Below are positions 1 through 8,207 of a stretch of DNA of 64,000 nt, in pieces. The stretch lies in the IMG/VR virus record IMGVR_UViG_3300034158_000010, positions 21,303-85,302 of that record; one strand, written 5' to 3'. Both the position numbers and the translations under genes were made by a program. Source of the DNA: a virus. The first letter of the stretch is position 1. Every line of letters begins with the position of its first letter. Under the pieces are notes generated by a model. It worked only from the letters and a program-made list of their open reading frames with translations, was not told where the DNA came from and searched no databases.

Positions 1-54
1 GGGTCCGGGTAGGGGGACTTGACGTGCCAACGTGTTAAGTAGTAGTTCTCTCAT
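1..54 (-). CDS. 5' end of a gene leaving the window (MRELLLNTLARQVPLPGP...), probable virion paralogue-family protein
   Basis: ATG at 54; late-type TATG at 80-83; M-x-ELL start shared with the kelch gene. Confidence 0.5.
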   Translation of the reverse strand, partial: MRELLLNTLARQVPLPGP

Positions 55-94
55 GATACCGTCTCGAGTTAGTGATCTACATAATTGGTCAACG

Positions 95-175
95 CGGCAT
101 AAGAGAACTCCCGAAGGAGTCCTCAAATACCAATGGGTCCTTCTGAGCAGCTTCAGTTTGCGACGGAGAGGCTTT
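95..175. repeat. Copy 1 of ~80-nt direct repeat flanking the kelch gene; includes minus-strand UUCG terminator 103-124
   Basis: cggcataagagaactcccgaaggagtcctc identical to 1140-1169, then aatacca...cagcttcagt.tgcga.gga shared. Confidence 0.9.
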
Positions 176-183
176 TATGTTTA

Positions 184-1092
184 CTACGTCACTTGGAACC
201 GCCAGATATCTTTAAAGATAGTTGAACTAGACAACACCCCACCACCGTACATGTAAATACCACCACGGTATGTAGTCAAGCCGTAACCATATCGTGCGGC
301 TGGCCCGCCGGATGGCTGGGTTATAGTCGTCCAAGTTGTACCATCAAAGGTACACATTCGATCAACGGTTTCACCAGAACCTAGGCCATCATAAATATAA
401 GCTACCCCATCAAACACGGCTGCACGAACCTCAGATGTCTTATAGGGTGCAACTGGCATCACTGCCCATGTATTAGTAGCTATCGTGTATTTCCATACAC
501 TGGTTTGAGGAGCACCATTTTGTTCTATCCGGCCATGTGTGTAGTAAATGGAGGTAGGTTCCAACTGGAACAATGCACCAGCATAGCGCTGTGCCGGTAG
601 CTTTGCTAACGTCGTCCAAGCATCCGTAGACGGATCATATCGGCGTACAACATCAGTGAGATTGACGTTTGAATTTAGCCAACCGCCCGCAACGTAGATC
701 TGGTCGCCCACAACTAAACTTGAACCCGCTACAAGGTATGGTGTGTAGGGTGCTAACGTGGTCCATTCACCAGTAACGGTGTCGTAGCAATTGTGCGTAC
801 TAACCGATACATTCGTACCACCGGCGATGATGTGAATCTTGGTGCCAACTGCTTCCATTACTACCTGTGTTCGTGCTGGGGCACCACTTAAAGGAGTGAG
901 GGTGTTCGTAGGGACGTTCAGTTTATAAAAGGCTGACGTGCTACCAGAGGCGTTTGTGCCACCGTAGATATAAATGTCGTCACCGATCGTTACCATCCGC
1001 ACGTAGTTCACAGCCTGCAACTCGGGGAAATTAAGTTGTGCCCAACCTAGGGGAAGTTTAGGTTTATCAGGCATGAATAATAGCTCTATCAT
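184..1092 (-). CDS. Kelch-repeat beta-propeller protein
   Basis: Six repeats with GG and Y/W motifs (IYIYGG, IHIIAGG, IYVAGG, IYMYGG; YD..T..WT). Confidence 0.9.
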   Translation of the reverse strand: MIELLFMPDKPKLPLGWAQLNFPELQAVNYVRMVTIGDDIYIYGGTNASGSTSAFYKLNVPTNTLTPLSGAPARTQVVMEAVGTKIHIIAGGTNVSVSTHNCYDTVTGEWTTLAPYTPYLVAGSSLVVGDQIYVAGGWLNSNVNLTDVVRRYDPSTDAWTTLAKLPAQRYAGALFQLEPTSIYYTHGRIEQNGAPQTSVWKYTIATNTWAVMPVAPYKTSEVRAAVFDGVAYIYDGLGSGETVDRMCTFDGTTWTTITQPSGGPAARYGYGLTTYRGGIYMYGGGVLSSSTIFKDIWRFQVT

Positions 1093-1139
1093 AGTGACCC
1101 TCCATTCATGGTCATACTATCATCCATTTAAGGCCGAGA

Positions 1140-1220
1140 CGGCATAAGAGAACTCCCGAAGGAGTCCTCGAATACCACTTCGGTCTACCACAACAGCTTC
1201 AGTATGCGATGGAGGACCCT
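1140..1220. repeat. Copy 2 of direct repeat; terminator of tRNA operon (hairpin 1148-1169)
   Basis: Matches 95-175; gaggactcc-ttcg-ggagttctc on minus strand. Confidence 0.9.
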
Positions 1221-1227
1221 TAAGTAA

Positions 1228-1303
1228 TGGCACGCATCCCAAGAATCGAACTTGGAACCTACGGTTTTGGAGACCGTCGCTCTGCCAATTGAGCTAGACA
1301 CGT
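1228..1303 (-). tRNA. trnW: tRNA-Trp (CCA)
   Basis: Cloverleaf, anticodon arm ACGGT-ctCCAaa-ACCGT, TTCGA loop, encoded CCA. Confidence 0.95.
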
Positions 1304-1306
1304 AAA

Positions 1307-1382
1307 TGGCTCCATGACCTGGACTCGAACCAGGGACAAACGGATTAACAGTCCGTTGCTCTACCAACTGAGCTATCATGGA
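1307..1382 (-). tRNA. trnN: tRNA-Asn (GTT)
   Basis: Cloverleaf, ACGGA-ctGTTaa-TCCGT, encoded CCA. Confidence 0.95.
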
Positions 1383-1388
1383 ATGTGG

Positions 1389-1556
1389 CTATGCAACTTT
1401 ACCTTCACGCTCATCAAGAGTGTAGTCGGCATCGTTGACGGCTTCTTTCAAAGCCTGATGGTCAAGTTTAAGGTTCTTCCAGCTAAGTCGATCACAGCAT
1501 CGACAATCAGCGGGACCAAAGTTATCAAGTGGACGTTGTTTGATTTTCACTTTCAT
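1389..1556 (-). CDS. Small hypothetical protein inside tRNA cluster (CxCC motif)
   Basis: GAGGT SD before ATG at 1556 (MKVKIK...); upstream extension overlaps a tRNA-like element. Confidence 0.6.
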   Translation of the reverse strand: MKVKIKQRPLDNFGPADCRCCDRLSWKNLKLDHQALKEAVNDADYTLDEREGKVA

Positions 1557-1580
1557 AGCTTTTACCTCGAGAATAAATCG

Positions 1581-1670
1581 AGTTATAGTAACAGCGAGTA
1601 TCGAAGTCGCACACAGCCACGGATTGGTTACCGGAGCCTGTCCTACCAATTGGACGATGTCACTATAACT
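1581..1670 (-). ncRNA. tRNA-like RNA with 13-bp acceptor stem, extended anticodon arm, no CCA
   Basis: AGTTATAGTGACA/TGTTACTATAACT; D-arm GTCC-AATTGGTA-GGAC; T-loop TTCGATA. Confidence 0.7.
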
Positions 1671-1676
1671 TGAAAA

Positions 1677-1761
1677 TGGTGGAGAGACAAGGATTCGAAC
1701 CTTGGAAGAATTAACGCCGGATTTACAGTCCGGTCCCTTTGAGCCGCTCGGGAATCTCTCC
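1677..1761 (-). tRNA. trnY: tRNA-Tyr (GTA)
   Basis: CCGGA-ctGTAaa-TCCGG, long variable arm, encoded CCA. Confidence 0.95.
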
Positions 1762-1900
1762 TAAAACTGGTGGTCAGTACCTGGCTCTTAACAGGCTGCA
1801 TGCAACTAAGACTGCCCCGACTCGTAAGCAGTGAAGGTTTGTTAAGACGGCATGGTCTTACATAGTATTACATAACCAGTATAGTTTTAATTTATACTGT

Positions 1901-1920
1901 CCCCTACCCGAAGGTAGGGG
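1901..1920 (-). terminator. Intrinsic terminator hairpin
   Basis: cccctacc-cgaa-ggtagggg (UUCG on minus). Confidence 0.75.
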
Positions 1921-1926
1921 TATGTA

Positions 1927-2169
1927 TCAACGGTTCCAGATATCACCAAGTTTTACACGGTTGGTAGGTCTGGCACCAGAGGTGTAGTAGTTAACACCGT
2001 ATGGACTTGCAGCTACACACGGGGTATATGGGATACCCTTCTCCTCACAGATCTTTCGGAAAGCATCCTCCGACTCTTTAAACTTACGTACCATCTCCAG
2101 AGCCTTAGCTCGTGCATTGGGGTCACATGGACGTTTCTTGAGATCAGACAATTTGAATACTGGGATCAT
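1927..2169 (-). CDS. Hypothetical protein
   Basis: Coupled to upstream gene, ends at terminator. Confidence 0.65.
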   Translation of the reverse strand: MIPVFKLSDLKKRPCDPNARAKALEMVRKFKESEDAFRKICEEKGIPYTPCVAASPYGVNYYTSGARPTNRVKLGDIWNR

Positions 2170-2173
2170 TGGA

Positions 2174-2980
2174 TTAACCTAGGAATACAAGACGGGTGTT
2201 CTGACGACCAAGCTTAGCCATCAAGCGGTACAGGTTGTTCAGGTTCAATTGGTTAGCGTGAATGTAGCGACTAACCCCGACGATAACCAGTAGATTGAAG
2301 TTCTTTTGGAACGATCTGATGTTCACCAGTTCGTTGGCCAGGATTCGACCTTCAGCTAACCACTTGGTGTCATCGTAAGCATCGTCTTCAATAGACTCGT
2401 ACTGTCCGGCATTCAGAAAACGCATCGCAGCGCGGGTGTCGGTTGGGTAGAGGCGTACCACGCCTTCCTCGATCACGTCCTTCTGGTTGTTAGCCAACTG
2501 CATCAATTGATCAAAGGATGGAATGAGGTCATCCTTACCATGTTCATCGGAATAACGGCTACCGTCGATAGCTACCATTTCATCACCGTGGTGCATACGC
2601 AGCCAATCTACAACTTTCCATTCAGTGCCTTCAACGATGTCACCACTGATAAAGGTAGCTTCATCACGGAACTTGGTCCAAGCTGGAGCTTCGTGTCGAT
2701 TCGCTGTATTCGTAAGGTAAACACTTCGGTGGAATTTACGGGCGATCAATTTAGCGAGGGCTTCTTCCTGCGTCAGATCACGGTCTTCATTAGCAAACTC
2801 AGTTGCATCGATGTCAGGGGTGAAGTAATGGAAAAGAGCGTCTACAGATACTCGCTCGGCATGAGACACGGGAATTGGGTCAGTGTCGATGGTGTATGTA
2901 CCATGACGCCCTGCTAGGCAATACATCGGTTTGTAATCAGCTTGTGCTACAGGTGATGCTTCTTCTTTACGACTTATCAT
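2174..2980 (-). CDS. Hypothetical protein (268 aa)
   Basis: Long ORF with SD. Confidence 0.8.
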   Translation of the reverse strand: MISRKEEASPVAQADYKPMYCLAGRHGTYTIDTDPIPVSHAERVSVDALFHYFTPDIDATEFANEDRDLTQEEALAKLIARKFHRSVYLTNTANRHEAPAWTKFRDEATFISGDIVEGTEWKVVDWLRMHHGDEMVAIDGSRYSDEHGKDDLIPSFDQLMQLANNQKDVIEEGVVRLYPTDTRAAMRFLNAGQYESIEDDAYDDTKWLAEGRILANELVNIRSFQKNFNLLVIVGVSRYIHANQLNLNNLYRLMAKLGRQNTRLVFLG

Positions 2981-3074
2981 TTCTGTATCCTATTCCCATA
3001 CTGGGATGTGGTTTCAGTTTATGTAGCGATAGTGCTACAGTTTATTATCCACATCAGTAAAGTTTGAGACGGCA

Positions 3075-3151
3075 TAAAACCCACCGTCCAGGTTAGAGGA
3101 CAGTGGGTTCCACACGGCTTACTAGTTTTACCAAGTAAATCAAGGTGTTAC
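3075..3151 (-). ncRNA. Candidate small RNA (TATG start, terminator 3078-3109)
   Basis: TATGTAAC at 3154-3147, no ORF, hairpin followed by TTTTATGCCG. Confidence 0.35.
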
Positions 3152-3164
3152 ATATAATTGCTAA

Positions 3165-5570
3165 TTACGCCTGATGTTTGTTAACCAACGTGAGGTAGTT
3201 AGCCAGGTCTTCCAGAATCAACTCCAGACGAACCGTTACTTGGTGTAGGCAATCGAACGGATCATTGGATACGTGGGCGTGCATACGTAGCTTGTTCATC
3301 ACCTCAACGGCTTTATCACTTTGGGAATAACCACGGTAAGGGGCATCGGTAAAGTCTGGACCATGACCATACATCTCGTAGTGACCATCTTCGGCAATAC
3401 GGATCAGGTTAGCGGTATTGGTAATCAACTTCTTAAGAGCACCTACCTTACCAGTTGGAACTTCGTCGATCTCAACGGTAGCGGAACCTGCACGATGGGC
3501 CTCACGACTAAAGCCTTCCTCACCATCTTCCCAGTTATCCTTACCCCAGATAACGAAGTCATGAGAGTTAGAGAATACGTCGAAGTATGGCTTGGGTTCG
3601 TCCGCCTGCATTTTCTTCAATAGCTCAACGAACTCGTCTTCACGGTCAGCGTTACCATTAAATGCATCAAGCTTAGAAGCCCACTTGTTTTCCCAAGCTT
3701 CCAACTTCTGGTCGTACTTACTCAGGTCCTTGATGATCTTATCGTACGCCAGTACGTCACGCTGAAGATCAGCGATCCAATTCGGGTTATACTTACCGTT
3801 GGACAAGAAGATGGCTGTCTTAGAACCCGTCATGGTAACGGCAGGGAGAGCTGTGTCTGGACCATTAGTAAACTTAGCCGCTACGTCGATAGACGCAATG
3901 GGTAGTTCAGCTACGATCTCAGCTTTCTTAGGACCCGAGAAAAGTTTCTTCAGTGTGTCGAAGATACCTTCATTGGAAGCCACCAGATACGTCTCACAAG
4001 CTGCCTTAAGCTCCTGAGTAGTTGGGATAGTCGGTTCGTTGAAAGCTTCAAAGCTATTAGTGGTTACGTTGGTAATGGACTTACCAATGTAGTTAACCAA
4101 CGAGTCAGCGATGTTCTCAGCATTGATCCATGCAGCGTGTGTAGTGATACGTTGCTTGATCTCGGCATTCACCATGTAGGTGATCGTTGAGTATGCTTGT
4201 TCTAATCGTGAAATAGCCGCGTAAATAGGGGCATGATCTGGATTAGGAACGTGTGGTGCATGCGGAGTGGATGGACGAGGGGCGTACAAAGACTTAACGT
4301 AAGCAGCGTTAGGTAACGACATGCTAACCCGGAGACTACCCTCGTAAGTTGTTTGGACACCGTGTACCGTGCCAATCAAATCACTGAACATACGAACTTC
4401 AACTTTAGTCAAAGCATCGCCCGTTTGTGATACGAGTTCCGTTTCCATCAACTCAGGTTCTTTCAAGTTAATGTTCAAGCGGATCATGTATGGATTGATG
4501 CGGGCAATGGCTAGATCCAATGGCGCCGTTGAAGTCTGTCTTCCGTTCGAATACATGCTCAGGGCGTTAACCGCAATCTTTAACGCATCTTTAATCTTCA
4601 ACATCTCACGAGAGTTATGTTGCGACACCGCATTAACCGCAGCCTTATAACGCTGTACGTAGCTCTGTGCTGTCTGTGGGGTGAAGTCTGGCAAAGCCCG
4701 ATAGTTGACCTGACCTAGTGTATACTTCTGGCGAGACAGCCACGTAGGGTCACCGATAGTGCGACGGAGTTTATTACGTAAGTCTGGATCTTTACCAACC
4801 AAGTGGATCTTAGTCGGGCGATTTGCAAAGAAGTCTTTAATACTCTGCCAGATACCTTCTACCGAAACTACGTCCCCAACGGGGGTATAAACGATAGCTG
4901 GATCGTTAACAATGTTTTCCAAACCGATAGCCATGAATTGACGGGCCACTGGGTCTAGACCGTCTGCGCCTGCATCGGTGATTTGTTTTTCGTACTGCTT
5001 TACGGTCTTAGACATTTTAGTCTCTCGTTGGGGTTGCTGTTCAAGGCTAACCGTATTCCGGTAAGCGTATAGTAGTTGTAGGCGTTTGTTTGCCTGTTCG
5101 TAATAGCGTTCCATACCAGGCTTAATCAGGATCACACCTTTGACGTTCTTACCAGCGTAGTCTTCACGAAGCATTCGCATGATGTAAGAATTCAAGCCCT
5201 TACCTTCTTGGGCATACTTCTTAAGGTATCCCATCGACTCAGGCGTTGTTGATTTTAAGGTATAGATGTAACGTGAACCCGTGGTGAAGTTAACAACCAT
5301 CCAGTCTGGACCGTAATCATAACTAGCCACCCCAGAGTTACCGCCAATGTTAGCATAAGCATAACCCGGACGATTGTCGTCGAGCAGTTGAGCTACCGCT
5401 GCTGGAGTAACCCCTAGTTCCTCAGCTACTTCCTCATCGGTATCTTTCCAATAAGTACTAACGGTGTTAGCTGCCTCGTCCCAGTACTTCTGTATTACAT
5501 CTAGTGCATCCTCTATGGATACTTTCAGTGGGTATTCTACCCTCTGGATTAATCGGTCAAGGCTGGTCAT
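3165..5570 (-). CDS. Virion head (internal/ejection) protein with N-terminal KTSC-like domain and several S/G-x-E processing sites
   Basis: YANIGGNSGV...F...Y.Y...GKGLNSYI; VSVE-GIWQSIKDFF and ASNE-GIFDTLKKLF motifs. Confidence 0.7.
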   Translation of the reverse strand: MTSLDRLIQRVEYPLKVSIEDALDVIQKYWDEAANTVSTYWKDTDEEVAEELGVTPAAVAQLLDDNRPGYAYANIGGNSGVASYDYGPDWMVVNFTTGSRYIYTLKSTTPESMGYLKKYAQEGKGLNSYIMRMLREDYAGKNVKGVILIKPGMERYYEQANKRLQLLYAYRNTVSLEQQPQRETKMSKTVKQYEKQITDAGADGLDPVARQFMAIGLENIVNDPAIVYTPVGDVVSVEGIWQSIKDFFANRPTKIHLVGKDPDLRNKLRRTIGDPTWLSRQKYTLGQVNYRALPDFTPQTAQSYVQRYKAAVNAVSQHNSREMLKIKDALKIAVNALSMYSNGRQTSTAPLDLAIARINPYMIRLNINLKEPELMETELVSQTGDALTKVEVRMFSDLIGTVHGVQTTYEGSLRVSMSLPNAAYVKSLYAPRPSTPHAPHVPNPDHAPIYAAISRLEQAYSTITYMVNAEIKQRITTHAAWINAENIADSLVNYIGKSITNVTTNSFEAFNEPTIPTTQELKAACETYLVASNEGIFDTLKKLFSGPKKAEIVAELPIASIDVAAKFTNGPDTALPAVTMTGSKTAIFLSNGKYNPNWIADLQRDVLAYDKIIKDLSKYDQKLEAWENKWASKLDAFNGNADREDEFVELLKKMQADEPKPYFDVFSNSHDFVIWGKDNWEDGEEGFSREAHRAGSATVEIDEVPTGKVGALKKLITNTANLIRIAEDGHYEMYGHGPDFTDAPYRGYSQSDKAVEVMNKLRMHAHVSNDPFDCLHQVTVRLELILEDLANYLTLVNKHQA

Positions 5571-5627
5571 CTCAGCTCCATATATTTACTAGTATATGAT
5601 TAAGGGGAGGGTATACTTAACGGCATA

Positions 5628-5653
5628 AAAGCCCTAGCTACGGCTAGGGCTTT
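5628..5653 (-). terminator. Terminator hairpin with TTTATGCCG tail
   Basis: aaagccctagc-tacg-gctagggcttt. Confidence 0.8.
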
Positions 5654-5661
5654 ATATCGCT

Positions 5662-5889
5662 TTACGCAGCTTCTTCGATGCGGTTCATCTTAACGATTAC
5701 CTTCTCACCGTTATGTAGCTTAGCGACAATCGTGGTATGGTCCTGCATCAGAGCTGGTCGAACACCGATGACCGACTTAACATCTGGATGACTATTCTTA
5801 ACTTCTTTAAGTAGTCCTGCCCAAGTCAGGTTGGCATTACCCATTGCGGTCAAAATGTTACCGGCGATAGTTTTATTCAAGTTTTTCAT
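5662..5889 (-). CDS. Hypothetical protein
   Basis: AGGA SD, ORF between terminators. Confidence 0.7.
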   Translation of the reverse strand: MKNLNKTIAGNILTAMGNANLTWAGLLKEVKNSHPDVKSVIGVRPALMQDHTTIVAKLHNGEKVIVKMNRIEEAA

Positions 5890-5922
5890 TTTTTGTATCC
5901 TAATTAGTCAAAGGGGAAATAA

Positions 5923-6036
5923 AGTCCTACCCGAAGGTAGGACTCCATACACAAACCAACACTAAAGGAGAAACCACATCATGCAACCCACCAAGTCGCA
6001 CATCATGGAGTAACTTCGGCAATCAGACTCAGTTAC
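5923..6036 (-). ncRNA. Candidate small RNA carrying an anti-Shine-Dalgarno/anti-start sequence
   Basis: TATG at 6039-6036, hairpins, UUUCUCCUUUAG, UUCG terminator 5923-5944. Confidence 0.45.
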
Positions 6037-6058
6037 ATACTATTACTTAAATGTATGC

Positions 6059-7219
6059 TTAAGCCAGATCGAAGTCGAAGGTCTCATCTTCACGGGAAGT
6101 GTCTACAGCGTTTACCATGTACTGGTTGTTGTCAACTTCTTGAGGGCTGGTTTGGTTAGCCGCAAGGTCGAGGTACTCAGTCATGTAAGGGAGTGGGTTC
6201 TTCTCAGGGAATTCCAGAGGGAAGCCGGTGACCAGTTCGAACTGTGCACGCATCTCATCAGTGATGTGATCCTTAGCACCAGTGAAGGTACCAGCAGCGT
6301 TACCGTTGAACAAGACCCATTGGATCATCTTCTTAACAGTTACACCTGGTAGTTCACGACCTTCGGAGAACAGGTAGGTCAACCAATTGACTTCCGTCAT
6401 GATGATTTCCCAGAACAGCTCTACACCTTCAGCCATGGTGTCTTTATAAGCTTGCTGACCACGTGGGGTTTTCAGCATTGCCTTGATGACTTCCTGACCG
6501 AACTGAGCGTGTACTTCGAACTCATCGATAGCGATCTTCTGAACGCCCATCGCGATTGGTTGGAACCGACCCATCTTACCGAAGGCGAAGGTTACAGCAA
6601 ACGATGCCATGAACTGAATACGCTCAAGGTAGTAGAGCGCCAGCAAGAACTTGAAGATCTTGTTGTACAGGTCTTGGTCGTTAGGGATCGTACCGCAAGC
6701 ATAAGCATGTGATGCGTCGTGTGCTTCACCCATTACCTTGGCTACGGCCAGCATACGTTCTTGCGCTTCTTGCACCTTCAGGATTTCATCGAGGATGACC
6801 TGCGGGTTCTTGAAGGAGTTACGCACGATCTCGGAGTAGGTAAGAGCGTGAAGGTTCTCGTTGGAGTTGATCAGTACGTAACCTGCCCAGACGCGGGAGT
6901 CTGTGATTACTGGACCCAAGATGTTAACGATAGCACGAGATGCGGTAGCGTCAGCTTCCCACTGCCATGCCAAGGTCTTAACCATCATGTCGTAGTCACT
7001 ACGGGTAGCGGTCTCGAATTCATGCAGGCAGTCACCATACGGGAATTCGTTCTCGTCCCAGTCCATCATCTTCAAGCGTTTGTACAGGTTGAACAAAACC
7101 GGGTGGTGGTTGTTAATCGAATCGAACAGACCGGGTTCTTGACCGAGGATGATCTCGTTAGAATCGTAGTCAGTTTTTTGGTTGTTAAAGATCTTGATCG
7201 GGAGGTCAACAGTGGACAT
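6059..7219 (-). CDS. nrdB: Class I ribonucleotide reductase beta subunit
   Basis: W..DA, ENLHALTYS, LERIQF, DEFEVH iron ligands; SPQEVD...Y tail. Confidence 0.95.
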   Translation of the reverse strand: MSTVDLPIKIFNNQKTDYDSNEIILGQEPGLFDSINNHHPVLFNLYKRLKMMDWDENEFPYGDCLHEFETATRSDYDMMVKTLAWQWEADATASRAIVNILGPVITDSRVWAGYVLINSNENLHALTYSEIVRNSFKNPQVILDEILKVQEAQERMLAVAKVMGEAHDASHAYACGTIPNDQDLYNKIFKFLLALYYLERIQFMASFAVTFAFGKMGRFQPIAMGVQKIAIDEFEVHAQFGQEVIKAMLKTPRGQQAYKDTMAEGVELFWEIIMTEVNWLTYLFSEGRELPGVTVKKMIQWVLFNGNAAGTFTGAKDHITDEMRAQFELVTGFPLEFPEKNPLPYMTEYLDLAANQTSPQEVDNNQYMVNAVDTSREDETFDFDLA

Positions 7220-7674
7220 TATTCGGCGCTCGCTTGCTCAGTTTTGAAAGATTCGTTTGCATAGTAGTCAACCATACTCACACGTGAAATGTGTTTAATG
7301 GTTTTACCGTTAGCTAAGGTTTGATCGTGCTCGGTGTCGACACAGAAAAGAGAGTACCATTCTTCGTGTACCTCAAGTTCTGTTAGGTCAGTGCAATCGT
7401 AACCCTCAGGACCTTGGCTTGGTCTACCCGGCTTAGGTAGGTATTCGGCAAGTCCGCAGATGGCACTACCATGGAATCGCAACCGGTGATGTCTGGTCGG
7501 ATTGAAGGTGAATTCTTTTGTATCGGCTGGGTTCCACAACATCAGGTGGTTAGCCGCTTCAGTAGATTCCAGATAATAGTTACGGGTACCGATCATGATG
7601 CCAACAGCATGACCATGTTCATTAACCCAGCGAACACAACCGGGACCGTCTTCAACCTGTTTAATGTGTGCCAT
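7219..7674 (-). CDS. Hypothetical protein coupled to nrdB
   Basis: Stop/start overlap with nrdB; AGGT SD. Confidence 0.75.
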   Translation of the reverse strand: MAHIKQVEDGPGCVRWVNEHGHAVGIMIGTRNYYLESTEAANHLMLWNPADTKEFTFNPTRHHRLRFHGSAICGLAEYLPKPGRPSQGPEGYDCTDLTELEVHEEWYSLFCVDTEHDQTLANGKTIKHISRVSMVDYYANESFKTEQASAE

Positions 7675-7748
7675 TGAATTACCTTTGCGTGAGTTGTGGT
7701 TTTGTCTGTACTAGATCTTGCTATGCGGTATTCTTTTATTAGAACCTG

Positions 7749-7774
7749 TTTAAAGCCTATATTACATTTGTGAA
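7749..7774 (+). promoter_or_regulatory. Early (virion RNAP) promoter
   Basis: tttaaagccTATATTAC matches phiKZ early consensus. Confidence 0.85.
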
Positions 7775-7793
7775 TTAACTAAGAGTAATAACC

Positions 7794-8180
7794 ATGAAAC
7801 GTCTTGATCTGGAACTGATTACCCGTAACTCGTTCAACAGTCAACGCAGCTATGAGGCTGCCATTTATGCCGCCCAAACCATCAACATGCTGCGCCAGTT
7901 TTCTAAGCAGGGTTATCTTATCCTGAACTACGAGAACGTTGTAAAGCTGGATGCTAAGATCGTTCTGGATGACGATGGCCAATTCCAGTTCATCGTGATC
8001 AGTGACCATGAGAAAGCCAACGTGATGCTGGTTGGTGATGAGTCTGTTACCTGCGCTGGTAAACGCGGTGAGCCGGATAGCGAAAAGATTTACTGCACCA
8101 AGAAGACCATTCGTGAGTTCTTCAAACTGTGGCGAGTATGTCAGATCACCAATGTACTTAAAGCAGTCGACATCGCTTAA
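7794..8180 (+). CDS. Early hypothetical protein
   Basis: Follows early promoter, SD. Confidence 0.8.
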   Translation: MKRLDLELITRNSFNSQRSYEAAIYAAQTINMLRQFSKQGYLILNYENVVKLDAKIVLDDDGQFQFIVISDHEKANVMLVGDESVTCAGKRGEPDSEKIYCTKKTIREFFKLWRVCQITNVLKAVDIA

Positions 8181-8207
8181 CCCAAACCCAAATCAAGGAG
8201 TATCCCC

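Noticed and set aside
1170-1227. Possible HDV-like (theta) ribozyme 3' of tRNA-Trp, suggested by CCTCCATCGC
   Set aside because: Could not build P1/P2/P3 or the J4/2 strand by eye; needs a motif search
1185-1673. ORFs 1185-1379 and 1314-1673
   Set aside because: They are translations of tRNA genes
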